From sequence record OW969666.1: a stretch of DNA of 64,000 nt. One strand, given 5' to 3'. The notes under the pieces were generated by a model. That model saw only the letters and a list, made by a program, of their open reading frames with translations, was not told the origin of the DNA and ran no database searches. The position numbers were made by a program, and so were the translations under genes. This document shows positions 7,858 through 18,033 of this stretch, in pieces; the stretch's first letter is position 1, and each line of letters begins with the position of its first letter. This DNA is from a plasmid.

Positions 7858-8544
7858 TCACTGGGATGACTTTTCATCCCACGGAAGGTCACTTTTCTCC
7901 ACCTCTCTTATTTTTTCCTTCAGAAACACCTCGAACTCCATACAAAGAACTTTAAGCGCCTGCGCATCCTCGTTCTGGTCAAGTAACCTTTCCGTAAAAT
8001 AACCCAGCGTATTCATCAGACGGGTAAGCATTTCGTCATTAAGACTACGGTTATGAACCTTCGCCATCGCCCTGATTTCATCCGCGAGATTCTCAGGAAT
8101 ACGCATGCTGTAGCCAGTTGTTTTCCCTGGAAGTAAAATTCTTTCACCCTCACGCCACACCCACAACTGCTCCTGTTTGGGCGGGACTTTAACATCTTCC
8201 GCAACATCAACGGATTCACCATCAAGTAATTTCCCCAGCCACTCCTCAAATTTCACCGCCAGTGCAATGAGACGCTCACCCTCCGCATTTTTAATGACAG
8301 GCTTGCCTGGCTGGTAATTCAGCGACAATAAAAGCCTGGCAATAATTTCCTCATTCACGCTTCTGTTGCCAGCTCTGGCACATATTCTCAGCTCCATAAG
8401 CAGATTATCCGGAGCACGCAACCGCCACTCCACCGCTTCACCTGGCTGGAACTTACGTGGACGGCCGCGACCATCCAACAATTTCTCTTTAACTTTCATA
8501 GCTATAGATCCCGGAGGCCATTTCCATACTTTCTGGTCAACCAA
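7858..8544 (-). CDS. Antisense double ribbon-helix-helix protein (TraY-like repeats), 228 aa (start may be the internal Met at ~8499)
   Basis: Two repeats, RAPDNLLMELRICARAGNRSVNEEIIARL and RIPENLADEIRAMAKVHNRSLNDEMLTRL, match the duplicated NRS-containing RHH motif of F TraY. No plus-strand ORF of at least 60 aa exists between traM and traA. Confidence 0.55.
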   Translation of the reverse strand: MVDQKVWKWPPGSIAMKVKEKLLDGRGRPRKFQPGEAVEWRLRAPDNLLMELRICARAGNRSVNEEIIARLLLSLNYQPGKPVIKNAEGERLIALAVKFEEWLGKLLDGESVDVAEDVKVPPKQEQLWVWREGERILLPGKTTGYSMRIPENLADEIRAMAKVHNRSLNDEMLTRLMNTLGYFTERLLDQNEDAQALKVLCMEFEVFLKEKIREVEKSDLPWDEKSSQ

Positions 8545-8695
8545 GCCTACTCACTTACATATTCGGATAAATCTGAATGATTCCAAAAAGTGTGACATGT
8601 GTCACAGTTTTTTTTTTTTAGGGTCATGGGAAAATTGCGCCCGCGTAAACAAGCACTTACGCGAGTCACTTTTGTTTACTTCGGAGAAAACAATC

Positions 8696-9049
8696 ATGTT
8701 AACCAAAGGCAGTGCCCTTAACGTCGGTAAGGGATGGGCGGTAGCGTCTTTATTCCGCAAAGCACGCGAAAATCGCCAGGCTAAATTTTACTTAAAGTCA
8801 GCAGGCGCTTTTTTAATTGCACTTATGGTCACTCACCCGGCATTTGCCGGCGGAACCGACCTTCTTTCCTCACAGAACACCACGGTTAATTCCACCTTCG
8901 GCTCTGGCTCTTCATTGATTAAATGGTTCTATATCGCCGAAATCATCATGGGCCTGTTTATTTACATCAAGGCCCGCTCACCGCTGGTATTCGTCGGTAT
9001 CGTAATGGCAATCATCTTTACCCGTGTCGCCTTCGGCATCGCGAGTTAA
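8696..9049 (+). CDS. traA: TraA propilin
   Basis: TDLLSSQNTTVNSTFGSGSSLIKWFYIAEIIMGLFIYI...IVMAIIFTRVAFGIAS aligns with F pilin DLMASGNTTVKATFGKDSSVVKWVVLAEVLVGAVMYM.... Confidence 0.85.
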   Translation: MLTKGSALNVGKGWAVASLFRKARENRQAKFYLKSAGAFLIALMVTHPAFAGGTDLLSSQNTTVNSTFGSGSSLIKWFYIAEIIMGLFIYIKARSPLVFVGIVMAIIFTRVAFGIAS

Positions 9050-9052
9050 ACG

Positions 9053-9355
9053 ATGAATGGGGAAGAAGATAAATATAACTTCCCGGAAACAATGAACCAG
9101 CAGGACCGCTATTTTGGCTTGCCAGTTGATGAGTTAATTGTTACCGCACCCCTTCTCATTCTGGGGGTGCTTAACAATCTGTCAGTTGAACTTGGCGTTA
9201 TAGCGGGAATCCTCTGGTTCATCGTCAGATATCTGAAAAAAGGGCAGGGGTCGTACTGGTTACTTAATTTCTGTTACTGGCACCTGCCATCACTTTTATT
9301 CAAAGTAACCTTTCGCCAGATACCTGATTCTAGTTTCCGGCACTGGAGGGCATAG
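9053..9355 (+). CDS. traL: TraL
   Basis: YNFPETMNQQDRYFGLPVDELI matches F TraL ([22 protein letters not shown]), and the C-terminal PDSSFRHW matches PDSCFRQW. Confidence 0.85.
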   Translation: MNGEEDKYNFPETMNQQDRYFGLPVDELIVTAPLLILGVLNNLSVELGVIAGILWFIVRYLKKGQGSYWLLNFCYWHLPSLLFKVTFRQIPDSSFRHWRA

Positions 9356-9360
9356 TTTTC

Positions 9361-9942
9361 ATGAAACTGAATATTAAAGGAGAGCGCGATAAACAACTCC
9401 GCTATGCGTTTATTGGTCTTTCAGCTTTAACTTTACTTATGGGGGCAGGCAACGTACTGACAGGTTCGCTTGCATGGTATTTTGCCACCACCCAGAAAAC
9501 CATTACCACACCATTAACATTTAACCGCCCCTTCGCATCAGATTCAAAAGGTGTCGATGCCCCAGGCCTGACACAATTCGCCGCCTCCTTTATTTACTGG
9601 CGACTGAACGTCACCCCGGAAAACATCGACAACAACCAGAAAATGATTCTTGGATTCGTCCCTTCCGACGAACGGGACGAACTCAAGAAAGCTCTGGATA
9701 TTGAAGCTGAACGCATAAGGAAAGCAGGCATCTCCACTCAGTTCGACACGAAAGAAATTCGCGTCATGGATGATGGCTCCGTGCAGTACAGCGGAGTTCT
9801 GAAATCCTCCACCACTAACGGCGTAATCATCACGCCATTAAAAGACCAGGAAAAAACCTACCGCCTGAAACTGAGTTATGAGAACGGTGTGATTAACCTC
9901 CACAGCTTCGAAGAACTCCAGCCGGTATCCACCACCAACTAA
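9361..9942 (+). CDS. traE: TraE
   Basis: Membrane-anchored N-terminus with the AFNAPFA-like motif TFNRPFA and the F-like FIYWRLNVT block; position after traL. Confidence 0.8.
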   Translation: MKLNIKGERDKQLRYAFIGLSALTLLMGAGNVLTGSLAWYFATTQKTITTPLTFNRPFASDSKGVDAPGLTQFAASFIYWRLNVTPENIDNNQKMILGFVPSDERDELKKALDIEAERIRKAGISTQFDTKEIRVMDDGSVQYSGVLKSSTTNGVIITPLKDQEKTYRLKLSYENGVINLHSFEELQPVSTTN

Positions 9943-9953
9943 CAGGACTGCCC

Positions 9954-10694
9954 ATGAAATTTCGTATTTCACCGGCAGCTGCTGCTGTGTTTCTGGCAGC
10001 GGGATTATTTAACAGCGGCCTCCGGGCCGCTTCCGCACCCGCAGCCATTCCGTTTGAGAACGACGCCGCCTTTAACGTCACTCTCAGCAACACCAACCCG
10101 AGCAAGGTTGTTGTCGACGGAGAACTCATTACCAGCATCAGCGGACCAACCGGTGCCTATGACCAGAGCCAGACCGACGACGGAGCACTCATTCTGTCTC
10201 CACTTGTCAGCCAGAACTTCACGCTGTTTATTCAGACCGATCGCGGCTCATCCCTGAGCCTTAACATCAGGCCGCAGCCAGGTAACGGGAAAACACTGCG
10301 CTTCACTCCGATGTCGCCACCACTTCGCAAGAACGACGATGCGAAGACATGGGAAGAAGGGCAGACCTACGAAAAAACACTGGTCGCACTGTCCCGCGCC
10401 GTAGTCAACGGTCAGGTGCCGGACGACTACCAGGAGTATCCGGTCAGCCGCATGCCTGCATACACACCCGCCAGTGATGTACGCCTGACACCGGAACGCC
10501 AGTTTGTTGGTAACCACCTGCGCGTTGTGCGCTACCGGATGAGCAACCCTGGCAGCATCACCCGCAGCCTGCGCGAGCGCGATTTCTGGCACAAGGGCGT
10601 CCGGGCCGTGATGCTGTCGCAGAACCAGCTTTATGCCGGTGGCGAAGGCTACGCCTGGATTGTGTTTTCAGATGACGGAGACACCCGCCCATGA
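9954..10694 (+). CDS. traK: TraK (secretin-like periplasmic protein, signal peptide)
   Basis: 246 aa with a signal peptide, in the F traK position and size. Its stop overlaps the traB start. Confidence 0.75.
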   Translation: MKFRISPAAAAVFLAAGLFNSGLRAASAPAAIPFENDAAFNVTLSNTNPSKVVVDGELITSISGPTGAYDQSQTDDGALILSPLVSQNFTLFIQTDRGSSLSLNIRPQPGNGKTLRFTPMSPPLRKNDDAKTWEEGQTYEKTLVALSRAVVNGQVPDDYQEYPVSRMPAYTPASDVRLTPERQFVGNHLRVVRYRMSNPGSITRSLRERDFWHKGVRAVMLSQNQLYAGGEGYAWIVFSDDGDTRP

Positions 10695-11188
10695 GTCTGA
10701 ATAAAAACCTGAAAACCCGGCGCAAACAGCTGGCCATTCTTGCCGCCGTTATCACGGGAGGCGCCGCCGCCACGAGCGGCGTTATCTGGTACGGGCAACA
10801 TCAGCAGGAACAGAAACAGCCCGCGCCGGTCGCCACCCCAAACATGACCGGTGTGGTCACGGCAGCGTTTAACCAGCAGGTTAATGATGCCGCACTGGCA
10901 CAGCAGCAGGCCAAGACCTCCGCACTTGAGGACAGGCTCGCCACGCTCACCCAGCAGTTTGCACAGAACAAGCTCACCACCGAGCAACAACTGGCCAAAA
11001 AGGATGAAGAAATTCAGCGCCTGAATGACCAGCTAACGAAAGCCCCCGGCAGCAAAACGACCACTGGCCAGCAGACACCACCTGCCGGACAGAACGGAAC
11101 ACCACTCCCCGGTCCCGTTGCTGCCGGTCAGGCCCGGCCAGTGGCTGGATGCGGAGTTCAGCGCCATTTCGGATGCCGTTCTTCGTGA
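10691..11188 (+). pseudogene. traB: traB truncated (N-terminal 165 aa of ~475; VirB10-like C-terminal domain missing)
   Basis: N-terminal TM segment, PNMTGVV (F: PDMTGVV), coiled region and a Pro-rich stretch are present. The ORF then terminates in GCGVQRHFGCRSS and the next gene starts at 11239. Confidence 0.7.
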
Positions 11189-11238
11189 TGGGCGCCAGCC
11201 ACATTCCGGCGACACCATTAACTAAGGAGGCACTGCAT

Positions 11239-11727
11239 ATGTCGTATAAAACCAGGCTGGATGTTATCGAAGAAGACCTGAACAAATGGCGTGCCGGGAA
11301 AAAGATTTACAAGTACCGGCGGTTTTTGATGCCCACAGCGCTCGCACTTCTGCCTTGCAGTATTTTTCTCTACGGTGTTTTTCATAATAAGGCTGTATTT
11401 GTCGTTCTGGGCTTCATGCTCGCCTTCCTCCTGTTCCGGCTCTTTACAGGAAAAGAAGATACCCCGGACACCTGGGAGGATCGAATCAATCAGGCATTGC
11501 TGTCCTACAGCCCAATGAATCAGGACGCGTTCGAAAAACTGTGCCGCACCGTAAATGAGAAGAGGGCAATAGAGCCTGATGATGTTGCTGTATGGCTCAA
11601 GGACGAAAAAGAAGCACGTGCGCTTTTCAGGCGTCAGCGAGATGAACGGCAACGCTACAGTTTCACTAAATGGCTGGATAAACGGGAGTCTGACCAGAAA
11701 GCTGAATGTAATGAGGAGGACAAATGA
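11239..11727 (+). CDS. traP: TraP-like inner-membrane protein (162 aa)
   Basis: Position between traB and traV; TM hairpin followed by a charged C-terminal domain; RBS ctaaggaggcactgcat precedes the ATG. The assignment is by position rather than strong motif. Confidence 0.45.
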   Translation: MSYKTRLDVIEEDLNKWRAGKKIYKYRRFLMPTALALLPCSIFLYGVFHNKAVFVVLGFMLAFLLFRLFTGKEDTPDTWEDRINQALLSYSPMNQDAFEKLCRTVNEKRAIEPDDVAVWLKDEKEARALFRRQRDERQRYSFTKWLDKRESDQKAECNEEDK

Positions 11728-11781
11728 AGCGCACAACCGCAGTTGTGCTGATTCAGTACCCCTCATCTTGCTACCGCCGGG

Positions 11782-12012
11782 ATGGGCAGCGCACTGGACT
11801 CTTTATTTGGGTCTGCGACCGGGCGCGGTGAAGAAAGCTTCCAGGTGGCAAAGAAAAAGGCCCTCGCTGATAAAGACCCCTGGCATGCCTGGCTGGAATT
11901 GTCTGCCAGTGACCCGGGCGATATCTCCAGCGATATCCGAGAACAATACAGCGAGCTGGCAGCTTCACTGGTTCTGAGCGCAACCCGGAAAAATAACGGT
12001 CAACGTAATTAA
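11782..12012 (+). CDS. Small tra-region ORF in the trbD/trbG position (76 aa)
   Basis: Position only. An overlapping 35-aa ORF at 11724 may correspond to trbD. Confidence 0.3.
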   Translation: MGSALDSLFGSATGRGEESFQVAKKKALADKDPWHAWLELSASDPGDISSDIREQYSELAASLVLSATRKNNGQRN

Positions 12013-12077
12013 TTTGTACCAGAACCTTCTCATTCGTTTTTCACCACAACCCTGAAATTCCAACCGGAGTTACCCCC

Positions 12078-12311
12078 ATGAAAAAACTACTGGGTGCTGC
12101 ACTGCTGTGCAGCGCACTGACCGGCTGCGCCGGTCTCAATTCTGATTTCGACTGTAACAAGACCGCGACCGATCAGTGCCTGACCACCGGTGAGGCCAAT
12201 AAGCTGGACACGGACGATAACTTTCATCAGCCGGCTGTGGTCGAGTTCGTGAAAAACAAATCCCACTGGGATGAAGAAAGCTACCGCGTTATCGGGGAGG
12301 GTGGGGAATGA
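12078..12311 (+). CDS. traV: TraV lipoprotein (short form, 77 aa)
   Basis: LTGCAGLNSDFDCNKTATDQCLTTGEAN aligns with F TraV LYGCAGTSTEFECNATTSDTCMTMEQAN. The C-terminal YHQP block is conserved, and the Pro-rich middle is absent. Confidence 0.75.
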   Translation: MKKLLGAALLCSALTGCAGLNSDFDCNKTATDQCLTTGEANKLDTDDNFHQPAVVEFVKNKSHWDEESYRVIGEGGE

Positions 12312-12562
12312 GCAGCCACTACGTTTCCGGCAGGAACGGCATCGATCATCCGGTGAAATCATTCACCCATACACGGAAAGGAACGGCGCAAATCACCGCC
12401 ACACAGTCAGTCGATACCGACGATGAAACGCTGGCCGTTCTGAGCGTGAGCTGTGGTTGGCAGATTAAGACTGCCGGTGATGCAGCGCACACCGGGCAGA
12501 TGAACGAAGAGAAACTGCGTCGCCTGGAATTAATCCGGGCCGCTGCGGAGGGTCGAAAATGA
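12308..12562 (+). CDS. Hypothetical protein in the traR position (84 aa)
   Basis: Its start overlaps the traV stop (ATGA). No DksA-type C4 zinc finger is present, so the traR identity is unsupported. Confidence 0.35.
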   Translation: MSSHYVSGRNGIDHPVKSFTHTRKGTAQITATQSVDTDDETLAVLSVSCGWQIKTAGDAAHTGQMNEEKLRRLELIRAAAEGRK

Positions 12563-12613
12563 GTTTTGTCGACAACCTGATGGATATGCTGAAAAACGGG
12601 AAAGAGGAAGACG

Positions 12614-15600
12614 GTGCCGCTACGGCCCGCGAGAATCTTTCCCAGACAGCCGGTCTGGCTCGACAGCAAAACGCGCCGCATGCCCGGTTCATACCGTCCC
12701 GGCATGGTGCTTGAAGATCGCGCGGACGCAAAAGAGCGTAAGTCCTATGTGATTGACCGGGTGCATGAGGATACGCGAGTCCTCTCGCTCATCGATGGTG
12801 ATGGCGTGCTGACCCGGATGAAAATCGGTGATATCAGCGCTGACTGGCGTCTCTTCAGCCGTGAAACCCTCAGCGTGGCCACCGGCGAAAAACTGCTGTC
12901 CGTGGCGGGCGACCGCGAGCACAGCCTGAAGGCCAAAGATCGTCTTGAGGTGACCGGGATAAGTGAAAAGGGGATTGAGGTGAAACGGGGGGAAGACACC
13001 CTGACGCTGCCAAAAGACCAGCCGCTCTATCTGTCACATGCTTACGTGACCGCGCCGGGTGGACGGGATAACGACACCGGGGTGGTCCTGGCCGCGCTGA
13101 ACAGCCGCGACATATCGACCCAGACCATGAACTCATTGGCACAGAGTGGCCACCGGGCGGAAGTGTTCACAGCCGAAGTACAGGACCGGGCTGAAGCCCG
13201 GCTGCAGCGCATGAAGACAAATGCCTCTCCCGTGCAGCTGGTCAGAAACCTGAGCGGTCACCAGGACATCAGTCAGGCGGTTGATTCACTACATGACAGA
13301 GTCCGGACTGACGCGGGCCTGGCCGTCTGGCGTGCCATTAACGACCAGCGCACCGTGGTGATCAGCGAGCTTAAGCTGGCGACGGAAGCGCAGAAATATC
13401 ATCCCGACCTTGAAGCCATCGGGAATGAAATTGGCGCGATGATTAAAAATGGCGAGCTGTTGTCCGTATCCGCAGGGGGAGAGCCGGTACTGGTTTCCCG
13501 GTCCACCTGGGAGATGGAGAAAGCCATTCTGCGTGTGGTGGAGGAAGGGAAAGGTACGCAGCAGCCGTTGCTGGAACAGGTACCGGAGGCCGTGCTGAAC
13601 GGCCTGACGGATGGACAGAAAAAGGCGACCACCCTGGTGCTGGGTACCACGGATCAGTTTATCGGGATTCAGGGCTATGCTGGCGTGGGGAAAACCACTC
13701 AACTGAAGGCGGTGATATCTGCACTGGAGACCCTACCGGCGGACGTTCGTCCGGTGATGACGGGGCTTGCTCCTACGCACCAGGCGGTGAAAGAAATGAG
13801 CGACGTCGGTGTCCGGGCGCAGACCATCAAATCCTTTGTCGTTGAGCATGACCAGGCGACGGCCGGAGGCGGGAAGCCTGACTATAAAGGACAGGTGTTT
13901 CTTATCGATGAGTCATCAATGGCAGGCAACCAGGATACGGCGGCACTGTTCCAGGCCATTGCCAGCGGCGGCGGACGTGCAGTCTCGATGGGGGATATCG
14001 ACCAGTTTGAAGCGGTCGACGTGGGCGCGCCGTTTAAGCTGATGCAGGAGCGCAGCCCGATGGATGTGGCCATCATGAAGCAAATCGTCCGTCAGAAAGA
14101 CCTGCAGCTGCGCGGCGCCGTTCACGACATCATTGATAACCGGATCGATGCGGCCCTGCAGCGGATTGAAACCCAGCCGGCTGACCGCGTGGCGCGTAGC
14201 GCTTCAGCCGCGCTCCCGGAGAGTGCGATTCAGGAAACGGAAACGCCTGTTAACGACATCGTGGCTGACTGGAAGGACCGGACACCGGAGGCGCGGTCCC
14301 GTACGCTCATCATTGCGCAGCTGAACGCCGACCGTAAGGCGATAAATGCCGGCATCCATGCCACGCTGGCAGCGCGGGGAGAACTGGGGGAGAAGGCCAT
14401 TAAGGTGCCTGTGCTCGATAAAATCACCCATACCCGCCATGCGTTCAATAAAACAGAGGCCTGGGAGCCGGGAATGGTGGTTAAACGCGGTGACCGCTAC
14501 CAGGATGTGGTGGCCGTTGACCGTAACGGCAGCACGGTGACGGTACGTGATGAGGAAGGGAAGATTGCTCTGGTTTCACCGAAGGAGCTGATCACCGGTG
14601 ACGTGCAGCTGTTTCGCCGCAGCGAGATGGAAGTCCGTTCCGGCGATCTGCTTAAGTTCACGGCGACCGATCGCGAACAGGGGCAGATGGCCAACCAGCG
14701 CTATACGGTGGAGTCGGTCAGCGAGGAGGGGAATATCCGTCTGAAGGGGGAGAACGGTCGCGTCACCATCAATCCGGAGAAGGTCCGGGCGCAGCAGCAT
14801 CTCGACTACGGCTGGGCCGTCACCGGCTACGGCGCACAGGGGGCCAGTAGCGATTATGTCATTGCGCTTGAGGGCACGAAAGACGGACGTAAGGCACTGG
14901 CTTCCCGTCGTGCCTTCTACATTTCAGCCTCACGCGTGAAAGAGCACGTCCAGATATACACCGACGGGAAAGCGGACTGGGTTAAGGCGGTAAAAACGCC
15001 GGAGCGTGATATCAAAACGGCGCACGATGCGCTGGCACCAGAAACGCAGCGCAAACAGGCGAAAGCCATCTGGGCAATGGGGCAGCCGGTGAATAAAACG
15101 GCCATCGGTCGCGCCTGGGTGCGCCATCAGGGCATGCAGGATGCGTCACTGACGGCAAAAATCATCCCGGCCACCCGGCGCTTTCCTGAACCGGCGCTGG
15201 CGCTGCCGGTGTATGACAACAATGGCAGGAGTGCGGGCCTGGCCCTGGTTTCCCTGGTTGCCAGCCCGGAAGGACGGATGACGCAGGGTGAGACCCGGAT
15301 GGTCATGACAGAACGCGCCCGTGGCGCCGTGCTGCAGCGGAGTCAGTCCGGAAACACGATAGTGGCCAGCGACCTGACGGCTGCACTCGATGCAGTACGA
15401 AATAATCCAAAGGACGGCGTGGTCTGGCAAACCGGTGATGAACCACCTTCAGCATGGCTGCTTAAGGTAAGCGGTGGGACAAAACAGGATGTGTCACCAG
15501 GTATTGTCTCCACGCTGACGGACGAACAGAGCGTACAGCAGCTGCGTGAGCAAATGCTGGCAGACCTGGTTCGCAATGAAGAAGCCAGTCGGAGCAGGCA

Positions 15601-15949
15601 GCCGGAGTCGTTGCTAGCGGAAGTTCCACAGGAAGAGGTGATCAGACTGAAACCGGAAGACATTAACCCGCGTAAACCGGAACCACTCAACCCAGATGCA
15701 GATGTAATCGCCAGGGTGAGAGGTGAGGAAAACACCGATGGACGGGAAATAAAAGCCGCTGCAGGCGTCAGAAGTGAGCTGGAAGGTGCTGACAAGGCAT
15801 CCGGTGAACAGTCGCGGGCATCGCGTGTGATTGCAGATCTGGCAAACGCGGAACGCGACATGCTCAGGGCGGCAGAAAATACTGAACGCGGCCGCACGCC
15901 GGAGCGTGAAGAACAGACTCTCACCCGAACCATTCAGAAAGAACGTTAA
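12614..15949 (+). pseudogene. traI: traI 3' portion (helicase and C-terminal domains, ~1080 aa homologous) lacking the N-terminal relaxase domain
   Basis: PVWLDSKTRRMPGSYRPGMVLE aligns with F TraI at about residue 640 (SPVWLDSRSRYLRDMYRPGMVME). The helicase motif I GYAGVGKTTQ, FLIDESSM and the C-terminal LDYGWAVTGYGAQGASSDYVIALEG (F: IDLAYAITAHGAQGASETFAIALEG) are present. The first ~30 codons are non-homologous junction sequence. Confidence 0.8.
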
Positions 15950-15976
15950 TCCCCTTTTGACCATGAGAATCAATCT

Positions 15977-16762
15977 ATGAAAGCAAACAAATTAACTGCA
16001 TTAATAGTTACAACATACATTGGCTTTGTTTCAATGGCACACGCTTCGGCCCCTCAGGCGGTATTCAGTCCGGAGCAGGAGGCTCGTATCGGAGAAATCG
16101 CTGCCGACTATCTGATCTCCCACCCGGAGATTCTCGTGACGGTCAGTCAAAAGCTGCAGGAACAGCAGGAGGTACGTAAGCAGAAAATGTTTGCACTCAG
16201 CGTGATGGAGAATCAGGCGAACCTTCTGCATGATCCGGACACACCGGCTTACGGGCCTGAAAATGCAAAAGTCGCGGTGATTGAATTCTTTGATTACCAG
16301 TGCGTGTTCTGCAGCCGCTTTGCGCCGGAGCTGGAGAAGGTTATGAAAGCGCAGCCGGACGTCCGCTACCACTTTAAGGAGTGGCCAATTTTTGGTGGTC
16401 GCTGGGAAGCTTCATTTCAGGCAGCACAGCAGGGGCTGACGGTCTGGCAAAAGAAAGGGCCGCAGGCCTATGTCACCTATCACAATGCCATCTACGCCAC
16501 CGGTCATAATGAAGGCAAACTGACGGCGGAGGATATTCACGGAGCAGCGTCAAAGGCGGGACTGACCACCCCAGCTCCTGGCGACCATACCGCATCCCTG
16601 GAGAAAAACAGTAACCTGGCTGAGGCGCTGGGACTCACCGGAACGCCGGGGATCATCGTCATGCCCGTTAGCGGAGCGACTCCTGATACCATCACGGTTT
16701 TCCCGGAAGCCGTAACCGCTGAAAGACTCCAGGCAGCAATCCTGAAAGCCACGGCCAGATAG
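15977..16762 (+). CDS. Periplasmic thiol:disulfide interchange protein, DsbC/DsbG-like (CxxC = CVFC), signal peptide
   Basis: Signal peptide, N-terminal dimerisation-like region, and a thioredoxin fold with FFDYQCVFC. Confidence 0.7.
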   Translation: MKANKLTALIVTTYIGFVSMAHASAPQAVFSPEQEARIGEIAADYLISHPEILVTVSQKLQEQQEVRKQKMFALSVMENQANLLHDPDTPAYGPENAKVAVIEFFDYQCVFCSRFAPELEKVMKAQPDVRYHFKEWPIFGGRWEASFQAAQQGLTVWQKKGPQAYVTYHNAIYATGHNEGKLTAEDIHGAASKAGLTTPAPGDHTASLEKNSNLAEALGLTGTPGIIVMPVSGATPDTITVFPEAVTAERLQAAILKATAR

Positions 16763-16862
16763 AGGATTTCAATTTCCTGTTTGCTGTGCCAGCCACATAT
16801 GCAACCAACTTTTTTTAGCATATAGTTAAGTTCAGTAGTAAAATGCAGCGCCTCGTCGAGAG

Positions 16863-17414
16863 ATGATGATTATGGAGTCCGTCGTCGTGAAATTTAAAAT
16901 CCAGCACTTGCAGGCCGCAGTGGCACTGGTTCTTGCCAGTTTCCAGCCGCAACCCAAAGCGGTTGCGTGTCAGCCTACGATTGTTGAACGGGTTTACGAA
17001 ATGGGCTCCAGAGTCAACAAAACCGATATCAGCGAGCTCACTGTTGCTCTCAATGACGTAGCTGAAGAATTACGCTCAAGTCGCATTGAGCTGGCCCGGT
17101 ATGCAGACAGCGATTTCTCCGGCGCTATCAAAGTCGCCAGCGACATCAGAAATCATACTATCCATGTCGCAGGTATCGCAGAGTCCTTTGTTCTGATGTT
17201 GCCGGAAAAAAACATCATTCAGTCGTATGACAGGAATTCTGTTGAGTTTGCGTTCTTTAAGGCCATTAAGATGGTCAGTCTTGCGACCAAAAACTACCTT
17301 AGTCTGATTGATCAAATCACGCGAACGACAGAAGTGCGTGACTCTGGAATCAACCTCTCGGCCATGAATCACCTGCTGGATTCAGGCGACAGGGCTGCGG
17401 CCAAATGGCGTTAA
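16863..17414 (+). CDS. Hypothetical protein (183 aa), putative non-canonical antitoxin/partner of the YafO-like toxin
   Basis: Overlaps the downstream YafO-like gene by 10 bp. It has no recognisable YafN/Phd fold at the sequence level. Confidence 0.4.
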   Translation: MMIMESVVVKFKIQHLQAAVALVLASFQPQPKAVACQPTIVERVYEMGSRVNKTDISELTVALNDVAEELRSSRIELARYADSDFSGAIKVASDIRNHTIHVAGIAESFVLMLPEKNIIQSYDRNSVEFAFFKAIKMVSLATKNYLSLIDQITRTTEVRDSGINLSAMNHLLDSGDRAAAKWR

Positions 17415-17821
17415 CGGCTGAGTACAGTCATGTCACGTGGGATTCGTTTTTCCAGCCCACGTTTGCCGTTTACCCTGAGCTGGAGAGTCAGCTACAGGCA
17501 GAGTTCATCACGTATAAATCAACTGGCGCACCGTCGAATCTCCTTGGAAGGGACGCCCCCTTTGATTTCCCGCCATTCGCTGTCGATGCTAACGTCCAGC
17601 ATATTCACGTTAATCTGCATTTCCAGCTCACCTGGAGTGCCAGACAAGAGAATTACAACCGTACCTCAGATCATTATCTCATTTACACAGAACACATGTG
17701 GGATAGCGGCCGCTTTCTGCTGATGGGGCTGATAACACCGGCTCATGAACGTATGCCAGCGAGAGATACCCGGTTACTCAGCTACTTTTCTGAAGTTGCA
17801 GAAGATTTTCACGCTTCATAA
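17405..17821 (+). CDS. YafO-family ribosome-dependent mRNA interferase toxin (138 aa)
   Basis: EFITYKSTGAPSNLLGRDAPFDFPP...HIHVNLHFQ...WSARQENYNRTSDHYLIYTEH...LLMGLITPAHE...ARD parallels E. coli YafO (DFISYKRDGVLPDTFGRDALYDD...HIHLANENN...WSRTNDTAHLVYCQG...LLIAILQPEPHKLARD). Confidence 0.7.
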   Translation: MALTAEYSHVTWDSFFQPTFAVYPELESQLQAEFITYKSTGAPSNLLGRDAPFDFPPFAVDANVQHIHVNLHFQLTWSARQENYNRTSDHYLIYTEHMWDSGRFLLMGLITPAHERMPARDTRLLSYFSEVAEDFHAS

Positions 17822-18033
17822 CCCTCAAAATCACATATGGTACCCGGCGAAAGAACGAAAAGGACCGGCCATCCCGCATATCCAAACCACCCCGGTTCAG
17901 AAGGGGAAGCAGGATAACCGGCAGACCTACTTTAACGGAAGTTCCACTGTTGAACCATTCGAGAAAATCGCGCAGCCTGCGAGCATCTTTGCACACTATC
18001 TTGTTAACTTATCATCTTGGTATGTTATTAAGT

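Noticed and set aside
8366-8695. Long 227-aa form of the traA ORF starting at 8366
   Set aside because: Homology to TraA propilin begins at the Met at 8696, which is preceded by an RBS. The upstream extension overlaps the antisense RHH gene.
12614-12700. Met at 12614 as a genuine traI start
   Set aside because: The first ~30 residues are unrelated to TraI and arise from junction sequence. The gene is treated as a 5'-deleted traI rather than a novel short relaxase.
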